Shown: positions 31,115 through 40,257, counted from the stretch's first letter. The stretch: DNA of 64,000 bases from an uncultured delta proteobacterium (GCA_963848135.1 CAWKCK010000003.1:744001-808000), one strand, 5' to 3'. Numbers and translations: made by a program. Notes: generated by a model from the letters alone, not told the origin.

Positions 31115-32020
31115 TTAAATGGCAACAGATTTTGGCTGTGAAGCCGGAGGTGACGATGAACCGGGGACCCAGCGGGTTTCCCAGGACTCCTTCTGGGAGA
31201 AGAATTTTTCGAGGAAGGCGTGATTGAATGCATGCCCGGATTTGACGACATCCAAATGACCGAGAATCGGCATTCCCAGTAGGGAAAAATCACCGAGACA
31301 ATCTAGAACTTTGTGGCGGACAAACTCATCGGGGAACCTGAGACCGTCAGAATTGATGATATGTTCTTTGTCGATGACCACTGCGTTGTCTAATGATCCG
31401 CCCAAAGCCAATCCATAGCGTTTCATATATTCGACTTCGTCTAAGAAACCGAAAGTTCGCGCCCGGCAGATTTGGGTGGAAAAAGCTTCGTCTGTGATCT
31501 CTATGGAGAGGGTCTGTTTACCGATCAACGGGTGTGCGAAATCTATGGTGCACGTGATTTGGAAACGGTCAGAGGGATATGCCGTGACGGATTTGTCACC
31601 ATCGATCAGTTCGATGGGTTTTTTGAGTGTAAAAAAATGTCGTGGCACCCCCTGTTCCTCTATACCGGATTTCGTGATCAATTCAGTGAAATGACCAGCA
31701 CTGCCATCCATTACAGGCACTTCATAGGCATCGAGTTCAATCAATGCGTTGTCGATTGAAAGACCCGCGAATGTGGCCATCAAGTGTTCGATCGTGGATA
31801 CGATACATCCATCACTGCCAATGACCGTAGCCAGGCTGGTATCCACCACACGGTTAAACTGGGCGGTCACGCCAGGCGCGCCCGGCAAATCCACTCGAAC
31901 GAATCGGATTCCTTGATTGATGGGCGCTGGCTTGATTGTTAAATGGACAGGTTTTCCAGAGTGCAATCCGATGCCTTCGCACCGGACTGTCTTCATCAAA
32001 GTCCGTTGACATAAATGCAT
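31115..32020 (-). CDS. lpxC: UDP-3-O-acyl-N-acetylglucosamine deacetylase
   Basis: QRTL...GIGLHSG, STIEHLM, EVPVMDGSA, ARTFGF, GGSLDNAVV, EFVRHKVLD, SGH. Confidence 0.97.
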   Translation of the reverse strand: MHLCQRTLMKTVRCEGIGLHSGKPVHLTIKPAPINQGIRFVRVDLPGAPGVTAQFNRVVDTSLATVIGSDGCIVSTIEHLMATFAGLSIDNALIELDAYEVPVMDGSAGHFTELITKSGIEEQGVPRHFFTLKKPIELIDGDKSVTAYPSDRFQITCTIDFAHPLIGKQTLSIEITDEAFSTQICRARTFGFLDEVEYMKRYGLALGGSLDNAVVIDKEHIINSDGLRFPDEFVRHKVLDCLGDFSLLGMPILGHLDVVKSGHAFNHAFLEKFFSQKESWETRWVPGSSSPPASQPKSVAI

Positions 32021-32316
32021 GTTAATAACGTCCTTCCATTGGCCGTCCGTCGGATAGTCAACTCAGACGTAATATATTTCTCACATACGGGAGAAAAATA
32101 CAATCAAAAAAGCGACAATATTAACCCGTTTCATGTTCCCGTGCAGCTGTCGGGTTACCTGTCGCCGGATGTCAGCGGCAGCGGGGGTGAAAAAATCGGC
32201 CGGTTTTTGGGTCTGATTATCCCTATTCGCGAGATGTATCTAACTAGGTCTTATCGTAAGGAACTTCAAGGGCATGTCAAGGCATGCGGTGCGATCGGGT
32301 CGAGGAGTGAGGCAGA

Positions 32317-32418
32317 TTTATACCGTTTTTCAAAAATATAATCCGCGATACGGAAAGGTGGTATACGTGGTTGATGAAAAAACGGTCGTATAACGGAACA
32401 TTTTTTCATCAACCACTA
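32317..32418 (+). repeat. Dispersed two-hairpin repeat (copy A)
   Basis: TATACC...GGAAAGGTGGTATA followed by a perfect 16-bp inverted repeat, GTGGTTGATGAAAAAA-N18-TTTTTTCATCAACCAC (32367-32416). Confidence 0.85.
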
Positions 32419-32461
32419 ACATCTGCCGATCGTGAAATATTTTCAGTTAGGAACGAATTGA

Positions 32462-32541
32462 CGTGTTTAGCCTTATCTGATAGGGGTTCACAAAAATGAG
32501 TCGGCTCCATCCGTAACGGGGACACCAGAAGACCACGGATG
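32462..32541 (+). promoter_or_regulatory. Structured leader, possibly a degenerate or minimal cobalamin riboswitch
   Basis: Ordered words AGGG, TTCA-CAAAAA-TGAG, CGG-CTCCAT-CCG-TAA-CGGGGA and CCAGAAGACC resemble the Cbl riboswitch core without the P6 extension. An alternative stem CATCCGT/ACGGATG is possible. Confidence 0.3.
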
Positions 32542-32565
32542 CGGATCAATCGGATATCCAATGGC

Positions 32566-32608
32566 AAAAGGGTTCCACTGACCATGATTGCGGTTAACGG
32601 AACCTTTT
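32566..32608 (+). terminator. Attenuator-like hairpin in the leader of the dehydrogenase gene
   Basis: AAAAGGGTTCC...TGACC-N8-GGTTA...GGAACCTTTT followed by a T-rich tract, about 105 nt upstream of the start codon. Confidence 0.55.
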
Positions 32609-32713
32609 ATCGTTTGTTTCAGGCTGAATGTTTTTCACCGTTGCCTCTTTTCAATTCGAACTTTATTGCCAATCATCGCGACGATGCGTCTGGCTGGAGG
32701 TGTGAAATTAAAT

Positions 32714-33682
32714 ATGAAATGCATTATGGTAACCGAAGTCGGTGGTTTCGAGGTAAAAGAACTTCCGGTTAAAGAACCACGGGTGAATGAGGTCCTTGTG
32801 CAGGTCGAAGTCACCGGAATGTGTCGCACTGACCTCAAGATCATTCGATCGGGACACCGGGATCTGGTGCTGCCGCGCATTCCGGGTGAGGAGGTTGTCG
32901 GGATTGTCCAGCGAAAAGGGGAACGGGTTACTAATGTCGCAGAGGGTGATCGCGTCTACGTCTACCCCGGAATCTGGTGCGGAAAGTGTCCGGCATGCGC
33001 CGCGGGGGCCGAGAATCTATGCCGGGATATGAAGATTATGGGATTTCACCGTGATGGAGGATTTGCTGACTTTGTGACGGCGCCTGCACAAAGCGTCATC
33101 AAGGTATCGCAGGGCCTGTCACCGGAACACGCCGTGTTTGCTGAACCATTGTCATGCTGTTTAAATGCTCTGGAACTGGCTCAAGTCGCTGGTGGTCAAC
33201 ATGTTGGAATATGGGGGAGTGGTCCGGCCGGTACCCTTCTCTCAAGAGCTTCCCGGGCCTTGGGGGCAAAGCCGACGTGCATCGAAACCGACGAACGCCG
33301 TCGGCACCTGATCAATGGATACGCCACTTGCCCTGAGGATCTGCGGTTCGATGTCTGTGTGGTCGCCGTGGGAAGCCTGAAGGCCTACCGTGAAGCCATA
33401 TCTCACCTGAATCCTCGGGGGCGGTTGGTGATTTTTTCCGGTCTTCCCCCCGATGACCGCGTTTTGCACCTTGATCTGAATCATATTCACTATACGGAGC
33501 AAACCGTTGTCGGTGCCTACGGTTGCAGCTTCCGCCACGGCGAGGAAGCACTCGCTCTGATTTCGAGCGGCAGGGTTGGTGTCAATGACATGATTTCTCA
33601 TCGCTTGCCACTTACCGATCTCGACCGGGCACTGGATCTTGTCGCCTCAAGACAGGGAATGAAAATATTACTCTACCCATAG
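32714..33682 (+). CDS. Zn-dependent medium-chain dehydrogenase (polyol/threonine dehydrogenase-like) with a GEE variant motif
   Basis: CRTD, PGEEV in place of GHE, structural Zn CGKCPAC..C, AEP, GSGPAG; GGAGG upstream of ATG 32714. Confidence 0.9.
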   Translation: MKCIMVTEVGGFEVKELPVKEPRVNEVLVQVEVTGMCRTDLKIIRSGHRDLVLPRIPGEEVVGIVQRKGERVTNVAEGDRVYVYPGIWCGKCPACAAGAENLCRDMKIMGFHRDGGFADFVTAPAQSVIKVSQGLSPEHAVFAEPLSCCLNALELAQVAGGQHVGIWGSGPAGTLLSRASRALGAKPTCIETDERRRHLINGYATCPEDLRFDVCVVAVGSLKAYREAISHLNPRGRLVIFSGLPPDDRVLHLDLNHIHYTEQTVVGAYGCSFRHGEEALALISSGRVGVNDMISHRLPLTDLDRALDLVASRQGMKILLYP

Positions 33683-33698
33683 TAGCGGAGATTATACC

Positions 33699-34841
33699 AT
33701 GTGGACAGATGAATCCTTAAAATCGTTTGGATGGAATATCCAGAAATTGATTGATAAAAAAGATTTATCGCGGGAGCAGAGCCAGGAAATGTTCCGCGAA
33801 GTTCTGCTCAACCAGCAACCGGAACTGCAGCAGGGTGCATTTCTGGCGGCCCTGACGGCCAAAGGGGAAACGCCCGCTGAAATTGCCGGTGCCTGGCAGG
33901 CTATCCTTGATCTTGACACCGAGACGGTCACTGAGGATTTAGGGAAACCATTGGTTGAAAATTCGGGTACCGGCATGGATCAGCTGAAAACATTCAATGT
34001 CAGTTCGGCGGCCGCGATTGTTGCCGCGGCCGCCGGAATCCGTATGGCGCGCCATGGGGCGAGAGCGCTAACGTCAAGCTGCGGCACCGTTGATCTGCTC
34101 GAAGCGATTGGTATCAACGTGGAATGCGACATCGAAACCGTGGGGCGCAGCATCAAGGCCGCCGGTATTGGGTTGTTCAACGGCATGAGCGCTATGGTTC
34201 ATCCCCGGTCACTGGCCCGGATTCTCAGTCAAATCCGGTTTGGATCCACCCTGAATGTTGCCGCTTCCCTGGCAAGTCCTTGCCAGACCACCCATGCGCT
34301 GCGCGGTGTTTATTCCGTTGAAATGGTACCGAAAGTGGCAGAAATTATGAAAGCCATCGGCATCGAGCAGGCAATGGTTGTACACGGATTTGACGCTGAA
34401 AATGACAAAGGTATGGACGAGTTGTCCAACATTGGTGAAAGCATTGTGCTGGAGGTCCGTGCGGACGGGAGTGACATATCGCACACGATCGCTCCCGAAG
34501 ACGTCGGTTTGAAGCGCTCTAAATATGGGGACATTGCCGCCACCGGCGATGTGCGTAAGGAGGCCGTCCGTTTCCTCAAAGTTATCGGTGGGGTAGGCCA
34601 CGATGGGTGCATAGATATTACCTGTCTCAACGCCGGGGCGATTCTCTATCTGGTGGGCAAGGCCGAGGATATTACCACAGGTGTCGCCATGAGCAGAGAA
34701 ATTATCGGCAGTGGCCGGGCTTTGCAAAAATTGACCGAATGGGTAGATGTCCAGTCGGATCGGGAAAAAAGCGGTATGTGCACATTGTTGACGGTGGCTG
34801 AGATTTCTGGGGTGAAGGAGATGATGCGACCTTATCTATAG
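33699..34841 (+). CDS. Anthranilate phosphoribosyltransferase-like protein (divergent TrpD paralog)
   Basis: TrpD fold motifs (GAFLAAL..KGET..EIAG, GTGxD..TFNVS, VVHG, GMDE, LNAGA) with altered substrate motifs; no other trp genes nearby. Confidence 0.85.
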   Translation: MWTDESLKSFGWNIQKLIDKKDLSREQSQEMFREVLLNQQPELQQGAFLAALTAKGETPAEIAGAWQAILDLDTETVTEDLGKPLVENSGTGMDQLKTFNVSSAAAIVAAAAGIRMARHGARALTSSCGTVDLLEAIGINVECDIETVGRSIKAAGIGLFNGMSAMVHPRSLARILSQIRFGSTLNVAASLASPCQTTHALRGVYSVEMVPKVAEIMKAIGIEQAMVVHGFDAENDKGMDELSNIGESIVLEVRADGSDISHTIAPEDVGLKRSKYGDIAATGDVRKEAVRFLKVIGGVGHDGCIDITCLNAGAILYLVGKAEDITTGVAMSREIIGSGRALQKLTEWVDVQSDREKSGMCTLLTVAEISGVKEMMRPYL

Positions 34842-34851
34842 GCAACGGCAA

Positions 34852-34947
34852 TTTTACCCTTTTCAAAATATTATTATTGAAATACGAAAGAGCGGTATGA
34901 GTGGCTGTAAAATGAACGTTCGAATAATGGAACGTTTTTACGACCAC
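34852..34947 (+). repeat. Dispersed two-hairpin repeat (copy B)
   Basis: TTTACC.TTTTCAAAATA...GAAATACGAAAGAGCGGTATGA GTGGCTGTAAAA..AACGTTCGAATAATGGAACGTTTTTACGACCAC aligns with copies A and C. Confidence 0.75.
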
Positions 34948-35050
34948 CGCTATTAGCGGGGGAAATTGGCATTTTCTGTGTGCCATTCAATCAAAAAATT
35001 TCAACAGCCTGTTAAATCTTGGTATCGAATTCCTATCCGTTGGAGGCACC

Positions 35051-36586
35051 GTGCTGGCCAAAATTCTTAGTAGCGCCGTGATCGGTATCGACGGCTTTTT
35101 GGTCGAAGTCGAAGTGGACATTGCCCGTGGTTTGCCCACGTTTACCATTGTCGGACTGCCGGAAGCATCGGTAAAGGAAAGTAAGGAACGGGTAAAGGCG
35201 GCCATAAACAATTCCGGCTACGATTTTCCCGACGATCGCATCACCGTAAATTTGGCACCCGCAAATATTAAAAAAGAGGGCACCGGTTTTGATCTGCCAA
35301 TCGCTCTCGGAATACTTACCGCTATTGGTGTTGTGCCCAAAGAATCACTAACCAAGCATTGTGTGCTGGGCGAACTCTCCCTTGACGGGCGAATCAAACC
35401 GGTCAAAGGATCACTGCCAATGGCAATGGCGGCAAAGGGAGCCGGGTATACCGGTATCGTCGTGCCGCTTGGAAACGGGCGTGAGGCATCGGTCGTCAGC
35501 GGAATTGATGCCATTCCGGTAAGAACGCTCGCGGAACTGGTAGAATACTTACGCGGTGCTGTCCGTATCGCACCACTCAAGGCCAATCTTGACGAGCTCT
35601 TTAACCGCGATCGGGTATCGGATTTAGATTTCAGTGAAGTCATGGGGCAGGCGCATGTTAAGCGTGCTCTGGAGATCGCTGCCGCAGGCGGGCACAATTT
35701 GTTGATGATCGGTCCGCCCGGCTCCGGCAAAACAATGCTCGCGAAACGAATAGCGACCATTCTGCCGCCACTCACCTTCGAGGAGGCCATCGAAACCACC
35801 AAGATTTTCAGTGTCGTGGGCCTGCTGGCGCACAACCAGACCCTGATCACTCAGCGCCCTTTCCGCTCGCCCCATCACACGATTTCAGATGCAGGATTGA
35901 TCGGCGGTGGCCATATACCGAGACCGGGAGAGGTGAGTCTGGCGCACAACGGCGTTCTGTTTCTGGACGAGCTGCCTGAATTCAAAAAGCATGTGCTGGA
36001 GGTTTTGCGTCAGCCACTTGAGGATTTGAGAGTCACTATTTCCCGTGCGGCTCTAACGATCACCTATCCCTCACGATTGATGCTGGTTGCTGCCATGAAT
36101 CCCTGTCCATGCGGATATTTGACCGATACAAAGCACCAGTGTCGTTGCACCTATCAGCAGATTCATCGTTACCGTTCCAAGATATCAGGTCCCCTTCTCG
36201 ACCGTATCGATCTTCATGTGGAGGTTCCAGCTGTACCTTACAAAGATCTGGCAGCGCAAACCAGTGCTGAATCTTCGGCCGATATCAGGACCCGCGTCAA
36301 CGCGGCTCGGGCCATACAGTCCCATCGGTTCCAACGGTCTAAAATATATGCCAACGCTCAGATGGGAAGCCGCCAGTTGAAGCGGTTTTGCGGTGTTGAC
36401 GACAATTCGCGACGATTACTGGAAACCGTCATCGACAAGCTAGGCTTGTCTGCGAGAGCGTACAACCGGATTTTAAAAATTGCCCGTACCATCGCCGATC
36501 TTGCCGGAGTTGAAGCCATTTCCTCGGAACATGTTTCAGAAGCGGTTCAGTACCGCAGCTTAGACCGAAAACGGGTTCCGGCCTGA
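35051..36586 (+). CDS. comM: ComM / YifB-family Mg-chelatase-like AAA+ ATPase
   Basis: [73 protein letters not shown]. Confidence 0.95.
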   Translation: MLAKILSSAVIGIDGFLVEVEVDIARGLPTFTIVGLPEASVKESKERVKAAINNSGYDFPDDRITVNLAPANIKKEGTGFDLPIALGILTAIGVVPKESLTKHCVLGELSLDGRIKPVKGSLPMAMAAKGAGYTGIVVPLGNGREASVVSGIDAIPVRTLAELVEYLRGAVRIAPLKANLDELFNRDRVSDLDFSEVMGQAHVKRALEIAAAGGHNLLMIGPPGSGKTMLAKRIATILPPLTFEEAIETTKIFSVVGLLAHNQTLITQRPFRSPHHTISDAGLIGGGHIPRPGEVSLAHNGVLFLDELPEFKKHVLEVLRQPLEDLRVTISRAALTITYPSRLMLVAAMNPCPCGYLTDTKHQCRCTYQQIHRYRSKISGPLLDRIDLHVEVPAVPYKDLAAQTSAESSADIRTRVNAARAIQSHRFQRSKIYANAQMGSRQLKRFCGVDDNSRRLLETVIDKLGLSARAYNRILKIARTIADLAGVEAISSEHVSEAVQYRSLDRKRVPA

Positions 36587-36660
36587 CGATCGGGCTGCCG
36601 AAGGGCGCGGTTGCGAATACCATATACGAATAGTTACGCTTACGGGGGGTATACAGCCGT

Positions 36661-38724
36661 TTACGTCAACTGTTTCAAGTCGGAGCTGCGGATGTGAAGG
36701 TCCCGCTGCGGATATGGAATCTCGATTCCGGCCTTTCTGAGTTCATCGAAAATGGCAAAATAGAGGGCACTGCGGATTTTTCTCCGGGGCGTTTCGCGCA
36801 CGTCGATCCAGAACAGCAGCTCGAAATTTATTGAGTTGTCTGCATACTCCACAAAGCGGACTACGGGCGGCTGATGATCGGAAACCAAGGGTTCGGCCGA
36901 AGCCACATCCAGCAAGATCTTCTCCACCAGCCGCGGATCTGCATTATACGACACGCCTACCAATAGCTCGATCCGGATCATTGGTGAGGAATGAGAGTAA
37001 TTTACGATCGTATTCGAGATGAGATTCGAGTTCGGGATCAGATATTCGATATCGTCCCGGGTTCTGACCCGGGACGATGCCAGATCAATATCGGTGACGA
37101 TGCCCATGGTTTTTTCAACCTCAATCCAATCGCCCTTGCGGATACGTCCACCAAAGATGATCGTAAATCCGCTGATAATATTTGCCGCCATGTGTTGCAG
37201 ACCAAGCCCGATTCCAATACCGGCAGCACCCGCGAATACCAATAAAAATCGTAAATCGATCCCGACGGCTTTAAGCGATATCATAAAACCGATTAACAGC
37301 AGCGTATATTTCAGAGAAATGTTAACGGCGTAACCCAGACCCGGGTCGATACCGAAAGCCGGATACACCCGGTAGTCCAGATAGGCTTGAAGCAGGCGTG
37401 TTGAATATACGAAGGCCAAAAGGATCAAGATGGCTTTGATAATGATCCAGAGGGTAATGTCATTGCTGCCGAGTTTGGCAACCGGAAACGAGATGATTTG
37501 CACCAGAGGTTCGAGGAGCCCCAGCAGGTTCAAAACAATGCCGGTTGTCGCCGTTGCCGTGGCATACAGAAGAAGTGATTTGCATGATTTATAGAGCATG
37601 CGAACGGTATCGTCGTGGCGATCCTTGCCGGCATACCATTTCTCGAACCATACCCTCAGGTTGTGGTAAATCAGCATGATAAGCACATAGGCGCCAGCCG
37701 TAAACCAGGTCTTCAAGAGAACGACACGGCCGAGCTGGCGGTATCCAATGCACCAGAGAAGGGCCACCATAAAGGACAGAATAATGAAGGGGTAGTAAAA
37801 CCGGCGAAATTGGTGGACGAAAAGCCGATAGGGGCCGTAAGGAAGGTCGGGCAACAACGACATAAAGACGGATTTCATCAAATGAAGCAGAAACAGGACC
37901 ACCACGATCGATATCGAGATAACGAACTTTAGCAGCGCGACGACATCCGCACGGATGCTAAAAGCCTCCGCACTCCAGATAACGATAAATCCGGCCAGAA
38001 TGTAAAATAGGGTCAGGCGCGCAAGATTAAAAATTTTTCTTCCATAAAGGGCGGTACGCGGAAATAGATTCTGGGTTAAAGCTTCACGCAGCAGAGCGGT
38101 GATCAGCGCGCCGACGACCCAAAGACCCAACAAACGGCCTATCAGTTGAAACCAGGCGGCCGGGTAGGAAATAAAAGCATTGATCAGCGCGAATAGGCCC
38201 AGCAGCAGCAGCGGTATCAAAGCGGCTACGACAACTTTCAATAGGGACAAAATGTAGGGAAACAGTTTCGGTGGTAGTTTCCCCTCAAACGGTCGTATAA
38301 TGCTCTCGATACGCTTCAAAACCTTTTTACGTCCGATGAGGCTATAGATTACGGCGGCGATAAAGGTCAAAACGACCAAAGAGCCGACCATCCCCAGAAC
38401 CCGGCCCTGTTCCAAGATTCTGTTTACCAATTCCGGGAGCAGTAAGGGGAGTTCGAGCGTCCAATGGTATAGATCGTTAAGGGTTTTCATGTTCCAACCC
38501 AGCGGCGAGGGCTCGAACAGAGAACGGGCTCTCTTGGCGAACTCTTCGCTGACATTTTCAGCCTGTTCGATCAGGGTCGATTGCATCCCTTGGCCGATGC
38601 TGAATTCGGGCACTGACTTGTTTTTGTCGGTATCACCATTGTTTTCCGCTGCAGACAACGTTGCAACGAAGAAAACGAAAGTGAGAGCAACACATATTCT
38701 TGACAACCTGCGGCCAAATGTCAT
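36661..38724 (-). CDS. Large MscS/MscK-family mechanosensitive channel
   Basis: Signal peptide, many TM helices, GIGLGLQ...NIISG, IPNS, VGVSY, GIEIPYPQRDLH. Confidence 0.93.
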   Translation of the reverse strand: MTFGRRLSRICVALTFVFFVATLSAAENNGDTDKNKSVPEFSIGQGMQSTLIEQAENVSEEFAKRARSLFEPSPLGWNMKTLNDLYHWTLELPLLLPELVNRILEQGRVLGMVGSLVVLTFIAAVIYSLIGRKKVLKRIESIIRPFEGKLPPKLFPYILSLLKVVVAALIPLLLLGLFALINAFISYPAAWFQLIGRLLGLWVVGALITALLREALTQNLFPRTALYGRKIFNLARLTLFYILAGFIVIWSAEAFSIRADVVALLKFVISISIVVVLFLLHLMKSVFMSLLPDLPYGPYRLFVHQFRRFYYPFIILSFMVALLWCIGYRQLGRVVLLKTWFTAGAYVLIMLIYHNLRVWFEKWYAGKDRHDDTVRMLYKSCKSLLLYATATATTGIVLNLLGLLEPLVQIISFPVAKLGSNDITLWIIIKAILILLAFVYSTRLLQAYLDYRVYPAFGIDPGLGYAVNISLKYTLLLIGFMISLKAVGIDLRFLLVFAGAAGIGIGLGLQHMAANIISGFTIIFGGRIRKGDWIEVEKTMGIVTDIDLASSRVRTRDDIEYLIPNSNLISNTIVNYSHSSPMIRIELLVGVSYNADPRLVEKILLDVASAEPLVSDHQPPVVRFVEYADNSINFELLFWIDVRETPRRKIRSALYFAIFDELRKAGIEIPYPQRDLHIRSSDLKQLT

Positions 38725-38880
38725 GGTCGATCCTCATATTCTGTAATCATTTATGTGGGGCAAAAGATTGCGTCACACGTTTCGCCGGGCGTGGTGCCGA
38801 TACCTGTCATTGGAGTTCCAAAGATAGCGGGTTTGAGCGCGCGATAAAAATTGGCAGCGCGGAGAAATCATTACCGAGCG

Positions 38881-38980
38881 TTACACCGCTTTCCAATTAT
38901 AAAATCCGAAAATGGAAGGGGAGTATAAGTGGTTGTAGAAAAAAACATTCGAAAAACGGAACGATTTTTTAGAACCACTA
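38881..38980 (+). repeat. Dispersed two-hairpin repeat (copy C)
   Basis: TTACACCGCTTTCC...AATCCGAAAATGGAAGGGGAGTATAA GTGGTTGTAGAAAAAAACATTCGAAAAACGGAACGATTTTTTAGAACCACTA. Confidence 0.75.
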
Positions 38981-39036
38981 TATAATCTTTTTCGTCAAAA
39001 CATGAAAGGGCCACCTCAGCCTGAAAAAAGATTCAT

Positions 39037-40032
39037 ATGAATTTGGACCGCATACCGGAAATTGAGAAAAGTCTGTTGATCGTTCACCAGGGCGCTCTCG
39101 GCGACTTCATTGTTACATTCCCCGTATTGAATGCCCTCAGGGTGTCATTCTCCCGTATCGACGGTTTGTGCCGGTCGTCTTTTGGGCAGTTGGCTGTCGA
39201 TATGGGCGTATTGGATCGTTACCACCCGCTGGAGTCCGCTCGTGTCGCCAGTTTCTACACGGACCGAATCGATCCCGAATTGCGTCAGAGCGTATCAGCG
39301 TACAGCCACATTCTGCTGATCTCATTCTCCTCGATTTTGGAACTTTCCATGAGAAAAATCAATGCAGATCGGGTTTTCCGCATCGAGCCCTGGCCTGAGG
39401 AGATGCACGGCGAACAAGTGACTGAATTTTTAGCGAACCGGGCACAGAAGTGCGGCATCCTTTCGCATGGGGATGGTGAGAGATTCCACAATGCTTTTAA
39501 TGCTGCGGCACAAGGCCGGAAGACATCTATTTCAGCAGGGGCAATGCTAATTTTCAGCCCGGGAGCCGGCAGCATAAAAAAACGCTGGCCGCTGGAACGG
39601 TTTCTGGCCGTCTCGGCCAAGATGTTATCGGAAGGCTTGCGGTCGGTGATGCTTCTGGGGCCGGCCGAGGCGGATATCGAAGTGGCCTTGAGACAGCGGA
39701 AGGAACCTCAGCCGGCTGTCGTTAAATGTGAGTCTTTCCCGGATCTGCTTGACATTTTTGATTCTGCCGATGGATACATTGGGAATGATTCGGGTATCAG
39801 TCACCTGGCAGCATTTCTAGGATTACCGACCGTGGTTATTTTCGGGCCGTCAGATCCTGTGCGTTGGCGCCCATTTGGTGCCAATGTAAGGGTTGTCGCA
39901 CCTTCTGAAACTTGCTGTCCTTGTACGAACACCACAAGAACAAATTGCCGTGAGCTTGTATGTTTGAGACAGATAACTCCGGACAGGGTGTTGGCAGAGT
40001 GGCACCATGCCTTTGACGCGGACAGTTTATAA
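39037..40032 (+). CDS. Glycosyltransferase family 9 (heptosyltransferase-like)
   Basis: HQGALGDF, PGAGS..KRWP, IGNDSGISHLAA, FGPSDP..WRP. Confidence 0.9.
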   Translation: MNLDRIPEIEKSLLIVHQGALGDFIVTFPVLNALRVSFSRIDGLCRSSFGQLAVDMGVLDRYHPLESARVASFYTDRIDPELRQSVSAYSHILLISFSSILELSMRKINADRVFRIEPWPEEMHGEQVTEFLANRAQKCGILSHGDGERFHNAFNAAAQGRKTSISAGAMLIFSPGAGSIKKRWPLERFLAVSAKMLSEGLRSVMLLGPAEADIEVALRQRKEPQPAVVKCESFPDLLDIFDSADGYIGNDSGISHLAAFLGLPTVVIFGPSDPVRWRPFGANVRVVAPSETCCPCTNTTRTNCRELVCLRQITPDRVLAEWHHAFDADSL

Positions 40033-40182
40033 AATATGGGCTTGCGTGGCCGGAGATATTCGCGGTTCACGGCAGGTGGGCGCAGATTCATTTCCAATTG
40101 GCTTATACTGAAAGACTACATATGGCCCGAAGCGTTATACTTTCTCAGGTCAGGGCGGTTCGATAGGCGAACAGCATGGCGG

Positions 40183-40227
40183 TTATATCGCTTTTCTAAA
40201 ATAAATTCCGTAAACGTAAAGGTGGTT
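40183..40227 (+). repeat. Degenerate hairpin-1 module of the dispersed repeat (copy E)
   Basis: TTATATCGCTTTTCTAAAATAAATTCCGTAAACGTAAAGGTGGTT aligns with copies A and D. Confidence 0.6.
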
Positions 40228-40257
40228 GAAGCAGCGCATGATGAGCTGAGAAACTTA

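Noticed and set aside
30874..31293. N-terminal 140 aa of the 330-aa ORF 30301-31293
   Set aside because: It overlaps lpxC in another frame and looks non-coding; the signal peptide begins near ATG 30873.
33699..34841. Assigning the symbol trpD
   Set aside because: The substrate-binding motifs diverge and there is no trp operon context, so it is treated as a paralog.
32317..38980. Integron cassette array or CRISPR interpretation of the dispersed repeats
   Set aside because: There are no attC RYYYAAC/GTTRRRY ends, no integrase and no cas genes. Spacing is irregular and kilobase-scale, with core genes such as comM in between.
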